Source of the DNA: an uncultured bacterium
GTDB taxonomy: Bacteria > Omnitrophota > Omnitrophia > Omnitrophales > Aquincolibacteriaceae
Direction of reading: 5' to 3'
Assembly (NCBI GenBank): GCA_964410905.1
Contig: CAYPIR010000002.1
Span: 78,665 to 142,664 of the forward strand
Length of the DNA: 64,000 nucleotides
Shown: in pieces, positions 18,102-27,241 of the stretch
Position numbering within the stretch: position 1 is the stretch's first letter
Layout: the number at the start of each line of letters is the position of its first letter
Translations under genes and position numbers: made by a program
The notes under the pieces: model-generated
Told to the model about the DNA's origin: nothing
Seen by the model: the letters and a program-made list of their open reading frames with translations, nothing else
The model's database searches: none

Positions 18102-19069
18102 AGCCATTTTTGTCTAAGGCGGTTCGCTTTGCCGTTAGCCTCGCCGTGCTCGGAACCGTTCTTTATCTGATGCGTGATAAATTTCACGATGCTCTTGCCA
18201 TTCTTCAAAATGAAGTTTCATGGCAATGGATTTTTCTGGCGGTTTTGGGGTATTTCTCCGCACTTGCCCTGATGGCTCTTCGTTTGCAACGGATTTTTAA
18301 AGTCCAAAATATTATTCTTCCATTTAAAGACTGCTATCATTTAGGATTTATAGGCCTTTTTTATAACTTGATGTTTCCATCCGCGATCGGTGGCGATTTG
18401 GCTAAGATTTTTTACGCGGCCAAACATTCAGGGAAGTCGGTCGAATCCGCTACGGCTATTTTTTTAGATAGAACACTTGGCGCAGTAGTGATTTTCCCAA
18501 TTGCTTGTGTCGGCATAGCTTTTTTAGGAATAGAGGATAAGAACCCGCGGGTTTTTTATTTTGCCGCGGCATTTGTTTTGGGAATGATATTTTTTGTCTT
18601 ATTTTTTACGAATGACAAATTTGCAGATATGTTCAAAACCGCCGCTAGATTAATTCCCGAAGGAAAAATTAAGCAGAAATTACGCGAGATTTATTTTGCG
18701 GTTAGAGAATATCGCAATCATTCAAAGCTAGTTTTATCGGCGGCTATGTTGTCGTTTTGTGGGCAGATTTTTTATATTGCAAGCTTTTATGCGATCGCTT
18801 GGGCGATTGACGCGAGAATATCTTTTTTGGAGTTTTTCATCTTGATACCTGTTTCATACATTGTTAGTATGGCGCCTTCAATTGGCGGTCTCGGAGTTCG
18901 CGAGGCAGGTTTAATATACCTTTTTAATCGATATCTTCAGCCTGAGCGCTCTATCGCTCTAACCCTTTTAATCGATTTGCTGTTGTATTCATTTAGTATC
19001 GGCGCGGGGATTTGGTATGGTTTCCGCGGCGGATTAAAAGCCCGAAACATAGAGCGGACTGTTTGCTAG
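18098..19069 (+). CDS. lysylphosphatidylglycerol-synthase-TM-like / flippase-like membrane protein (UPF0104)
   Basis: 323 aa with ~8 TM helices. The motif FYNLMFPSAIGGDLAKIFYAAK…FLDRTLGAV is typical of PF03706. Confidence 0.5.
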   Translation: MKPFLSKAVRFAVSLAVLGTVLYLMRDKFHDALAILQNEVSWQWIFLAVLGYFSALALMALRLQRIFKVQNIILPFKDCYHLGFIGLFYNLMFPSAIGGDLAKIFYAAKHSGKSVESATAIFLDRTLGAVVIFPIACVGIAFLGIEDKNPRVFYFAAAFVLGMIFFVLFFTNDKFADMFKTAARLIPEGKIKQKLREIYFAVREYRNHSKLVLSAAMLSFCGQIFYIASFYAIAWAIDARISFLEFFILIPVSYIVSMAPSIGGLGVREAGLIYLFNRYLQPERSIALTLLIDLLLYSFSIGAGIWYGFRGGLKARNIERTVC

Positions 19070-19085
19070 TAAAGGGCAACGATTC

Positions 19086-19541
19086 ATGACAAAAATATTA
19101 ATAATTCACGGGCCTAACCTTCAACTGCTGGGCGATAGAGAAACTTCAGTTTATGGTTCTACTACGCTTGAAGCTATAAACACGACGCTTGGGGCAGAAG
19201 CAAAGACTCTCGGCGTGTCGCTGGATTTTTTTCAGAGTAATCATGAAGGCGAGATTGTCGATAAAGTTGGTACTGCGAAAAAAGATTTCGCGGCGATTTT
19301 AATCAATCCTGCCGCTTATACTCATACGAGTATAGCAATCAGAGATGCCATCGCGGCGTCAAATCTTCCAGTTGTAGAAGTCCATTTGAGTAATATTTAT
19401 AAGCGCGAAGAGTTTCGTCATAATTCCATTACCGCTCCCGTATGCGTTGCCCAAGTCGCGGGATTTGGCGGCGAAAGCTATACCCTTGGGCTTCGTGGTC
19501 TTGTCAGTTACATTCAAAAAAATCAATCAAACAAAAAATAA
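19086..19541 (+). CDS. aroQ: type II 3-dehydroquinate dehydratase
   Basis: ILIIHGPNLQLLGDRE…YG… plus the HxSN motif VEVHLSNIYKREEFRH. Sits upstream of accBC as in E. coli. Confidence 0.85.
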   Translation: MTKILIIHGPNLQLLGDRETSVYGSTTLEAINTTLGAEAKTLGVSLDFFQSNHEGEIVDKVGTAKKDFAAILINPAAYTHTSIAIRDAIAASNLPVVEVHLSNIYKREEFRHNSITAPVCVAQVAGFGGESYTLGLRGLVSYIQKNQSNKK

Positions 19542-19556
19542 GATTCGGAGAAGAAA

Positions 19557-20018
19557 ATGAATCTAAAAGAAATTAAAGAACTGCTTGAATTGATGGAAAA
19601 TCACGGCATTGGAGAAATTGAAATAGAGAAAGAAGACGCGAAAATTAAACTCAGAAAACTCGCAAGCGGACAGCCTCAAGTTGTTTCTGCCGCTCCAGTA
19701 GCAATGCCAGCTCCAGTTGCCGCGTCGCCGGCGCAATTGTCCGTCGCGGCGGCTTCCGCGGCACCTGCAAATGATCCTAACGTTGTAATCGTTCGTTCTC
19801 CTATGGTTGGAACCTTTTATGCTGCTCCGGGCCCTGACCAATCGCCATTTGTTTCTGTCGGCAAAACAGTTAAAGAAGGTGACACCCTATGCATTGTTGA
19901 AGCGATGAAATTGATGAATGAAATCAAGGCGGAAACCGGCGGGACAGTTGTGGAAGTTCTCGTTCAAAATGGACAAACTGTTGAATACGATCAACCTATT
20001 TTGAAAATCAAAAAATAA
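19557..20018 (+). CDS. accB: biotin carboxyl carrier protein
   Basis: Pro/Ala-rich linker and a biotinyl domain with EAMKLMNEI. Confidence 0.85.
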   Translation: MNLKEIKELLELMENHGIGEIEIEKEDAKIKLRKLASGQPQVVSAAPVAMPAPVAASPAQLSVAAASAAPANDPNVVIVRSPMVGTFYAAPGPDQSPFVSVGKTVKEGDTLCIVEAMKLMNEIKAETGGTVVEVLVQNGQTVEYDQPILKIKK

Positions 20019-20060
20019 CGTTGGTTTTTACACCTTTAACCTTACACAACGGAAAAGATT

Positions 20061-21446
20061 ATGTTCTCAAAAGTTTTAATAGCAAATCGTGGTGAGATAG
20101 CGGTTCGGATTATTCGTGCTTGTCGTGAACTTGGGGTTAAGACAGTCGCGGTTTTTTCTAAGGCTGACAGAGAATCTCTGCATGTAAAACTCGCGGATGA
20201 CGCGATTTGTATCGGCGAATCGCTAAGTTCGGAAAGTTATTTAAATATTCCGTCTTTGATTTCCGCGGCGGAAATAGCGGATGTCGAGGCGATACATCCG
20301 GGCTACGGGTTTTTGGCTGAAAACGCGCACTTTGCGGAAATTTGCGAATCTTGTCAAATTAAGTTTATTGGGCCAAGACCTGAGAGTATCAGGCTGGCGG
20401 GAGATAAATCTGTCGCGAGAATTGAAATGAAAAAGGCGGGAGTTCCAATTATTCCCGGCAGCAAAGGGACTGTTAGCGATCAAGAAGACGCTTTGCGCCT
20501 TGCCAAAAAGTTGAGTTATCCGGTAATTGTGAAAGCGTCTGCCGGCGGCGGCGGAAAGGGAATTAAAATAGCGCATAATGACGGAAAATTAATTAGTGCG
20601 TTTTTAACCGCTCAGGCTGAAGCGCAAGCCGCATTCGGCAACGGCGAAGTTTACATCGAAAAATACATTGAAGAACCGAGACATATTGAAGTGCAAATTA
20701 TCGCGGATAGTTTCGGCAATGTTGTGCATCTTGGAGAACGCGATTGTTCAGTGCAGCGACGGCATCAAAAATTAATAGAAGAATCTCCCGCGCCCGGACT
20801 TTCTTCAAAAGTCCGTAAAAAACTCGGCGAAGCGGCGACTCGCGCGGCAAAAGCGTTTAAATACGAAAACGCGGGAACAATAGAATTTTTAGTTGATAAG
20901 AATGGTGATTTTTATTTTATGGAGATGAATACACGTCTTCAAGTTGAGCATCCGGTAACGGAAATGGTAACTGGTATTGACCTTGTGAAAGAACAACTGC
21001 GCGTCGCGGCGGGCGAGAAACTTAGTTTTACGCAGGATCAAGTTGAATTTCGCGGGCACGCGATTGAATGTCGGTTAAACGCAGAAGATCCGGACAATAA
21101 TTTTATGCCGTCGCCTGGAAGGATTGATGTTTGGAGAATGCCGGGAGGTCCGAATATTCGCTTGGATAGTCATGTTTACAGCGGATATTCCATACCGCCG
21201 TTTTATGATTCGATGATCGCGAAACTGATAGCGTTTGGGAAAACTCGCCACGAAGCGATTACTACTATGTTGAGAGCGCTTCGCGAAATTGAAGTGAAGC
21301 CTATTAAAATCACTGCTCCGCTGCAGACTAAAATCTTAAACCATCCAACCTTTAGACGCGGCGGCGTAAATACTAAATTTATTGAATCTACAATTTTCAA
21401 TGATTCGGCGACGGAAGAAACCATAACAGAAAAAGAAAAAAAGTAA
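20061..21446 (+). CDS. accC: biotin carboxylase
   Basis: [21 protein letters not shown]… ATP-grasp, 461 aa. Confidence 0.9.
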   Translation: MFSKVLIANRGEIAVRIIRACRELGVKTVAVFSKADRESLHVKLADDAICIGESLSSESYLNIPSLISAAEIADVEAIHPGYGFLAENAHFAEICESCQIKFIGPRPESIRLAGDKSVARIEMKKAGVPIIPGSKGTVSDQEDALRLAKKLSYPVIVKASAGGGGKGIKIAHNDGKLISAFLTAQAEAQAAFGNGEVYIEKYIEEPRHIEVQIIADSFGNVVHLGERDCSVQRRHQKLIEESPAPGLSSKVRKKLGEAATRAAKAFKYENAGTIEFLVDKNGDFYFMEMNTRLQVEHPVTEMVTGIDLVKEQLRVAAGEKLSFTQDQVEFRGHAIECRLNAEDPDNNFMPSPGRIDVWRMPGGPNIRLDSHVYSGYSIPPFYDSMIAKLIAFGKTRHEAITTMLRALREIEVKPIKITAPLQTKILNHPTFRRGGVNTKFIESTIFNDSATEETITEKEKK

Positions 21447-21451
21447 GGGTT

Positions 21452-22012
21452 ATGAAAGCATTAAACGTTTTCTCCCATTTTTTTATAACCTTGGCATTTT
21501 TGGTCGTTGGAAGTTTGATGTTTTTGGTTTCTCTTCATTTGCTTGCGTTTGATGACGCGATTATAGAAGTCCAAAAAATTTACCAAAGCTCTCTGAGGTC
21601 GTTTCAAATGGGCGCGACGGGGCTTGTTTTTATCGCGGTAGGTTTGGGATGCGCGAAGGCGCTTGTGAAAATGGCGCGGCCTAATGAAGCGGTTATTTTC
21701 CAAACAGACATTGGGCCGATGGTTGTATCGGTCAAAACGCTTGTTAATGTGTCCATAAAAATCGCTAAAAAATTTTCTTTCGTAAAAACCGCAAAAGCAA
21801 AAGTGCAAATTCATGATAAAAAAGTCGAACTGAAATTAGGTTTAGTATTGTGGGAGGTTGGAGGACAGCCCGCGACTCTTTTATCCGAAGTCCAAGAAGC
21901 AGTTTTGGAACGTATTTCGCGGCTTCTGGGACGGAAAAATCATTTAACCATTGTTTGCTATATCAACGGCATTGATCAGATGCAAGAATCCAATACGGAT
22001 TCAGGGGAATAA
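21452..22012 (+). CDS. Asp23/Gls24-family envelope-stress protein with N-terminal TM
   Basis: Asp23-like beta-rich C-terminal half (…KVELKLGLVLWEVGGQPATLLSEVQEAVLERISRLLG). The accB-accC-asp23 linkage is as in the Bacillus accBC-yqhY cluster. Confidence 0.5.
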   Translation: MKALNVFSHFFITLAFLVVGSLMFLVSLHLLAFDDAIIEVQKIYQSSLRSFQMGATGLVFIAVGLGCAKALVKMARPNEAVIFQTDIGPMVVSVKTLVNVSIKIAKKFSFVKTAKAKVQIHDKKVELKLGLVLWEVGGQPATLLSEVQEAVLERISRLLGRKNHLTIVCYINGIDQMQESNTDSGE

Positions 22013-22017
22013 GAAAA

Positions 22018-22590
22018 ATGAAGACTAAAATTGAAGCGCGGATCAAAGGGCATTTGGATGCGTTCTCGAAGACTTTTTTTGCCGAGCAATATGAAATAAT
22101 GGAAAAAATGTCCCGCGCGATTATTCAGACGCTGAAAGCGGAAAATAAAATTCTTTTGTGCGGGAACGGCGGTTCCGCGTCCGACGCGCTTCATGTCGCG
22201 GCTGAATTTGTCGGCAGATTTGAAAAAAACAGACGAAGTCTTCCCGCCATTGCTCTTACGGCAGACATTGCGGCGTTGACTGCCATAGGAAATGATTTTG
22301 GCTATGACAAAGTTTTTTCGCGGCAAGTAGAAGGATTGGGAAAGAGAGGAGATATTCTTATCGCGATTTCGACTAGTGGAAATTCTCGTAATGTTTTAGA
22401 GGCCGTAACTCAAGCCAAAGAACAGGAAATTTTAACTTTCGGATTTACGGGAAGAGATGGAGGCATTTTAAAGGACGCCGTGGACATTTGTTTTTTATCT
22501 CATGCCGACAAGACGACTTATATTCAAGAAACGCATATCGCGGCGCTGCATATTATTTGTGAATTGGTGGAATCGGTTCTTTTTGGATAA
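22018..22590 (+). CDS. gmhA: phosphoheptose isomerase (SIS domain)
   Basis: LLCGNGGSASDALHVAAEF…ISTSGNSRNVLEA. Confidence 0.8.
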   Translation: MKTKIEARIKGHLDAFSKTFFAEQYEIMEKMSRAIIQTLKAENKILLCGNGGSASDALHVAAEFVGRFEKNRRSLPAIALTADIAALTAIGNDFGYDKVFSRQVEGLGKRGDILIAISTSGNSRNVLEAVTQAKEQEILTFGFTGRDGGILKDAVDICFLSHADKTTYIQETHIAALHIICELVESVLFG

Positions 22591-22591
22591 A

Positions 22592-23068
22592 ATGAAAAAT
22601 ATAAAAATTTTAAATTCTTGTCTTCTCGGAAAAGTTTTAAAATCCATAAAATTAAAAAAAAAATCTATAGCGTTTACGAACGGAACATTTGATATTTTAC
22701 ATTTGGGGCATATAACCTATCTTGAAAAAGCCAAACAGACGGCGGATGTTTTGATTGTCGGAGTAAACACCGACCGTTCCGTAAAAAGTTACAAAGACCC
22801 ATCGCGTCCTATAAATCCTCAGAATGATAGAGTTAAGGTTTTGTCAGCATTGGCTTGTGTGGACTATGCAATTCTTTTTGACGAACCGACGCCTCTTGAG
22901 CTTATAAAAAAAATCCGTCCCGATGTTTTGGTGAAAGGTGCCGATTGGGCGGTAAAAGACATTGCAGGAGCGAAAGAAGTTTTATCTTGGGGCGGAAAAG
23001 TCCGCCGTATTTCGCTTGTCAAAGGACGCTCGTCAACTCGCGTTATAAAAGCGCTTAATCTCGCCTAG
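22592..23068 (+). CDS. D-beta-D-heptose 1-phosphate adenylyltransferase (stand-alone HldE domain II)
   Basis: Cytidylyltransferase fold: FTNGTFDILHLGHITYLEKAK…VGVNTD. ATG at 22592 is 1 nt after the gmhA stop; the upstream extension of the ORF has no plausible start. Confidence 0.7.
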   Translation: MKNIKILNSCLLGKVLKSIKLKKKSIAFTNGTFDILHLGHITYLEKAKQTADVLIVGVNTDRSVKSYKDPSRPINPQNDRVKVLSALACVDYAILFDEPTPLELIKKIRPDVLVKGADWAVKDIAGAKEVLSWGGKVRRISLVKGRSSTRVIKALNLA

Positions 23069-23070
23069 CG

Positions 23071-23751
23071 ATGACGAAAAAACATCGCTTACTTCTTCAA
23101 AAATCGTTACTTTACGCCGTTACCAATTTAAAAATAAAAGACGACAGCATTATCGAAAAAATTGATTCGGCATATCGCGGCGGAGTGGATATTGTTCAGT
23201 TGAGATCGAAGGTTTTGACGGATTCAGAACTTATCCGGTTGGGCTTAAAAATAAAAAAAATCTCGGCAAGACACGGAAAGATTTTTATTGTGAACGATAG
23301 GATTGATATTGCAGCCGCTTGTCATGCGGATGGCGTTCATCTTGGGCAAGACGATTTATCGATAAAAACCGCAAAGACGATTTTGCGCAGAATAGACGAA
23401 AACATTTTAGTAGGAAAATCCACGCATTGCGTAAGGCAGGCTATTGAGGCTGAAAAGGAAGGCTCTGATTATATAGGCGTAGGCCCGGTTTTTTCTACTC
23501 CCACAAAACCGAGCGTTTTGCCCGTCGGGCTAAGATTCATCAAAGATGTTACCCCGCAAATCGAAATTCCATATTTTGCAATAGGCGGAATAGATGAAAA
23601 TAATTTAAACGATGTTTTGAGCGCGGGAGCCAGCCGAGTGGCCGTTGTGCGTGCTATTTTTGATAAACGAAATCCCGGTAAATCGGCTAAAAAAATAAAA
23701 GAAATTTTAAGCAATAAAACGAAAGGACTACGAAATGTTAAAAACTCCTAG
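23071..23751 (+). CDS. thiE: thiamine-phosphate synthase
   Basis: YRGGVDIVQLRSK, VNDRIDIAAACHADGVHLGQDD, GPVFSTPTKP. Confidence 0.8.
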   Translation: MTKKHRLLLQKSLLYAVTNLKIKDDSIIEKIDSAYRGGVDIVQLRSKVLTDSELIRLGLKIKKISARHGKIFIVNDRIDIAAACHADGVHLGQDDLSIKTAKTILRRIDENILVGKSTHCVRQAIEAEKEGSDYIGVGPVFSTPTKPSVLPVGLRFIKDVTPQIEIPYFAIGGIDENNLNDVLSAGASRVAVVRAIFDKRNPGKSAKKIKEILSNKTKGLRNVKNS

Positions 23752-24649
23752 TTTGGTGGTAATTGGAACAGTTGCTATAGATGAGTTGTCTACGCCGTTC
23801 GGCGCGAATAAAACGGTTTTTGGAGGTTCGGGAACTTATTTCTCATATGCGGCAAGTTTTTTTACTAGGGTTGGAATTGTCGCGGTTGTGGGCGAGGATT
23901 TTCCGAGAGAATATCGAAAAATTTTGGAAGAAAAGGGAATTGATTTAAGTCATTTGAGCACTTTGCCCGGAAAGACTTTTCATTGGAAAGGGAAATACGA
24001 AGCGGATATGAATTCGGCGATTACTTTGCAGACGGATTTGAATGTGTTGCTGCAGTTTAATCCGGAACTTCGTTTTGCAACTTCGCCCGAATTTGTTTTT
24101 TTGGCAAATATTGATCCCGATTTGCAATTGAAGGTATTGGATCAAGCTCATGGTTCAGCTTTGAAATTTGTAGCGTGCGACACGATGAATTTTTGGATAC
24201 AGAATAAACGGGACTCTGTTGAGAAAGTCTTAAATCGCGTCCACGCAGTTTTTATGAATGACGCGGAAGTCAGACAGTTTACGGGCGAAGTGAATTTAAT
24301 CAAAGCCGCGCAAGCGATACATAATAAAGGCCCTGAGTATGTGATTATTAAAAAAGGCGAACACGGAGTTTTGCTCTATAGCCACGAGGGGGTTTTTGTT
24401 TATCCCGCGTATCCTCTTGAAACTGTGTTTGATCCGACCGGAGCGGGAGACAGTTTCGCGGGCGGTGTTATGGGATATTTGGCATCCGCAAAAAAAGTGA
24501 ATCTTAAAATTATGAAAACAGCCATTGGCTATGGAACTATTGTCGCGTCTTTTACGGTAGAAAAATTTGGGCTTGAAAAACTTCGCGAAATAAAACGCGA
24601 GCAATTTGATAATCGCTTAAATATTTTGAAAAAAATTTGTAAAATTTGA
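23735..24649 (+). CDS. PfkB-family sugar kinase (candidate heptose-7-phosphate kinase / HldE domain I equivalent)
   Basis: Ribokinase fold with GG motif (VFGGSGTYF) and DPTGAGDSFAGG. The specific substrate assignment rests only on the neighbouring gmhA and adenylyltransferase. Confidence 0.6.
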   Translation: MLKTPSLVVIGTVAIDELSTPFGANKTVFGGSGTYFSYAASFFTRVGIVAVVGEDFPREYRKILEEKGIDLSHLSTLPGKTFHWKGKYEADMNSAITLQTDLNVLLQFNPELRFATSPEFVFLANIDPDLQLKVLDQAHGSALKFVACDTMNFWIQNKRDSVEKVLNRVHAVFMNDAEVRQFTGEVNLIKAAQAIHNKGPEYVIIKKGEHGVLLYSHEGVFVYPAYPLETVFDPTGAGDSFAGGVMGYLASAKKVNLKIMKTAIGYGTIVASFTVEKFGLEKLREIKREQFDNRLNILKKICKI

Positions 24650-24673
24650 ACGCGTAAAAAATTTTTTTCAAGT

Positions 24674-24719
24674 AAAAAAAATAAAAAATTTTAAACTGCA
24701 AAAAAAATAAAAAATTTTT
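24674..24719 (+). repeat. two direct copies of an A-tract motif aaaaaaaataaaaaatttt, ~26 bp apart
   Basis: Read directly at 24674-24692 and 24700-24719 in the 290-bp nrdD upstream region. Phased A-tracts of this kind are commonly UP-element or DNA-bending sequences. Confidence 0.4.
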
Positions 24720-24897
24720 CTTGCGATTAAAAAACAACGGAGTATTATTCACGAAGTTTTCAAGATGAAGTACGTTCGTGAGTTAATGAAAGAGATCTTT
24801 CACAAAATCGGCACTGCTTTTTTAACGCGTTCGCTTCCTTCTTAGAGAAACTCACCTGAAAAAATCCAAAAAATTTCTTCAAGTGGTTGGTCGCTGT

Positions 24898-24912
24898 CTA
24901 TACTAGGTATAG
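24898..24912 (+). promoter_or_regulatory. perfect palindrome CTATAC-tag-GTATAG, ~70 nt upstream of nrdD; candidate NrdR-type operator
   Basis: Seen in sequence. The right half TATAGTG resembles the NrdR box consensus (ACACTATATATAGTGT). No clear second box was found. Confidence 0.3.
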
Positions 24913-24982
24913 TGGCAGCTAATAAAAACCCCTACAGTATGTTGTGAAAATGCCGATAAAGAAAATGTCCAAAGGAGAATCC

Positions 24983-27034
24983 ATGGCTGAGCAATTTCTG
25001 TCCAAAAAAATTACAAGTATCCGTAAACGCGATGGCTCTATCGTTCCTTTTGATGGTGATAAAATCTACAAAGCGATAGCGAAGGCGGGTGCTGCAACAA
25101 GTGAATATGACGGGGCAGAGGCTCAATTACTAACTTTAGAGGTTATAAAAGTTATTGATAACCGTTATTCTTCTGGATTTCTTGATATAGAAAAAATACA
25201 AGATATTGTTGAGCAAGTTTTAATCTCTTATAATCACCTGAGAACCGCACGCGCTTACATTGTCTATCGTGAGCAGCATAAGAAATTACGCCGCGATCAA
25301 AAGACCGTGGTCGATGTTACTTCCTCTGTAAACGAATATCTTTATAAGTTGGATTGGCGCGTTAATGCCAACGCTAACCAGGGTTATTCGCTTGGCGGAA
25401 TGATCCTCAATATATCTGGCAAAGTCATAGCGAACTATTGGCTTTCGCATGTTTATCCTGATGAAGTCGCGAACGCTCACAGACATGGAGACGTTCATAT
25501 TCATGACCTAGATATGCTTTCTGGTTATTGCGCGGGCTGGTCGCTAAAGACTCTTTTGCGCGAAGGTTTTAATGGAGTTCCAGATAAGGTTGAATCTGCC
25601 GCGCCAAAACATTTAAGTTCTGCTGTCGGACAAATGGTCAATTTTCTTGGAACTCTTCAAAACGAATGGGCTGGAGCGCAAGCGTTTTCTTCTTTTGATA
25701 CTTATCTCGCGCCATTTATCCGCATAGATAAACTTCCTTATGAAGAAGTCCGCCAATGCATTCAGGAATTTATCTATAACTTGAACGTTCCGTCTCGTTG
25801 GGGAACTCAAACGCCGTTTACTAATGTAACATTTGATTGGACTTGTCCGGATGATTTGAAAAATGAGCATCCGATTGTCGGAGGCAAGGAAGTGGATTTT
25901 GTGTATGGTGATTTGCAGACTGAAATGGCTATGATAAATAAAGCCTACATAGAAGTTATGATGCTCGGCGACGCGAAGGGGCGAGTGTTTACATTCCCGA
26001 TACCTACATACAACATTACGCCGGACTTTGATTGGAATCATCCTAATTGCGAAGCTCTTTTTGAGATGACCGCCAAATATGGGCTTCCTTATTTTCAGAA
26101 CTTTTTGAATTCTGATCTTAAGCCTAATCAGATCCGTTCAATGTGCTGTCGTTTGCAGCTCGATTTGCGAGAACTATTAAAACGTGGCAATGGTCTTTTT
26201 GGTTCCGCGGAACAAACTGGCTCACTTGGAGTTGTAACAATCAATTGCGCTCGTATTGGCTACTTGTCAAAAGGCGATGAAACGGCATTTTTCAATCGTA
26301 TTGACTTGTTGCTGCAGCTTGCGAAGACAAGCCTTGAGCTGAAGCGTAAGGTGATTCAACGTCATATGGATGCCGGGCTTTTCCCTTATACCAAACGTTA
26401 TTTGGGAACGCTCCGCAATCACTTTTCAACCATTGGCGTAAACGGCATTAACGAGTGCATCCGCAACTTTACGAATGGAACGGATAACATTACAACAGAA
26501 ACAGGGTTTAAATTTGCCATTAAAATTTTAGACCATATCCGCGCGAAGATGACAACATTTCAAGAAGAGACGGGGCATCTTTATAATTTGGAAGCAACGC
26601 CTGCCGAAGGGACGACATATCGTTTTGCAAAAGAAGACATAAAGCGGTTCCCAGATATTCTTCATGCTGGGACAAAAGAGCGTCCTTATTATACCAACTC
26701 TTCACAACTTCCGGCGGCGTTTACCGATGACCCGTTTGAAGCGCTAAAGCGTCAAGAGGAGTTGCAGCGCAGATATACAGGTGGTACAGTTTTGCATCTT
26801 TATATGGGTGAGAGGATGTCTGATTCTGAGTCGTGCAAAAAACTTGTTCGCCGCGCGCTCGCTGGCTATCGCATTCCTTATATAACCGTAACGCCGACAT
26901 TTTCGATTTGTCCGACGCACGGTTATCTGGCGGGTGAGCACGAGTTTTGTCCAAAATGCGATAAGGAACTTATCAACAAGAAAATGATGCAAGAGACAGG
27001 TTCTCCTGCCGAAGCAACAGAAATCAAATTATAG
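24983..27034 (+). CDS. nrdD: anaerobic ribonucleoside-triphosphate reductase (class III), body without the glycyl-radical segment
   Basis: N-terminal ATP-cone (KRDGSIVPFDGDKI), class III RNR core, and a C-terminal Zn ribbon CPTHGY…CPKC. AAGGAG RBS 5 nt before ATG 24983. The ORF stops at TAG 27032 before any RxxGY motif. Confidence 0.85.
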   Translation: MAEQFLSKKITSIRKRDGSIVPFDGDKIYKAIAKAGAATSEYDGAEAQLLTLEVIKVIDNRYSSGFLDIEKIQDIVEQVLISYNHLRTARAYIVYREQHKKLRRDQKTVVDVTSSVNEYLYKLDWRVNANANQGYSLGGMILNISGKVIANYWLSHVYPDEVANAHRHGDVHIHDLDMLSGYCAGWSLKTLLREGFNGVPDKVESAAPKHLSSAVGQMVNFLGTLQNEWAGAQAFSSFDTYLAPFIRIDKLPYEEVRQCIQEFIYNLNVPSRWGTQTPFTNVTFDWTCPDDLKNEHPIVGGKEVDFVYGDLQTEMAMINKAYIEVMMLGDAKGRVFTFPIPTYNITPDFDWNHPNCEALFEMTAKYGLPYFQNFLNSDLKPNQIRSMCCRLQLDLRELLKRGNGLFGSAEQTGSLGVVTINCARIGYLSKGDETAFFNRIDLLLQLAKTSLELKRKVIQRHMDAGLFPYTKRYLGTLRNHFSTIGVNGINECIRNFTNGTDNITTETGFKFAIKILDHIRAKMTTFQEETGHLYNLEATPAEGTTYRFAKEDIKRFPDILHAGTKERPYYTNSSQLPAAFTDDPFEALKRQEELQRRYTGGTVLHLYMGERMSDSESCKKLVRRALAGYRIPYITVTPTFSICPTHGYLAGEHEFCPKCDKELINKKMMQETGSPAEATEIKL

Positions 27035-27064
27035 TTTTAAATAATTCAATAAGAGGAGGGAAGC

Positions 27065-27241
27065 ATGACACGTGATCAAGTAGTTTTAAATGATGAAGAA
27101 AGAACACGCTGCGAAGTGTGGACTAGAGTAATGGGTTATCATCGGCCTGTTGCCGGTTTTAATATTGGCAAAAAGGGCGAATATTATGAAAGAAAAAATT
27201 TTTTGGAACCCAAAGATGGCGGATGCTCTTGCCTTAAGTAA
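27065..27241 (+). CDS. stand-alone glycyl-radical domain ORF (NrdD C-terminal segment)
   Basis: 58 aa: MTRDQVVLNDEERTRCEVWTRVMGYHRPVAGFNIGKKGEYYERKNF… RVMGY…N.GK…E…R matches the NrdD C-terminus (E. coli TRVCGY…). Same frame as nrdD but separated by TAG, TAA, TAA, and preceded by AAGAGGAGGGA. Confidence 0.6.
   Translation: MTRDQVVLNDEERTRCEVWTRVMGYHRPVAGFNIGKKGEYYERKNFLEPKDGGCSCLK

Noticed and set aside
22502-22591. N-terminal extension of the heptose adenylyltransferase ORF overlapping gmhA
   Set aside because: The extension has no start codon or RBS and overlaps the gmhA C-terminus. An ATG with proper spacing exists at 22592, so the overlap is an ORF-calling artefact.
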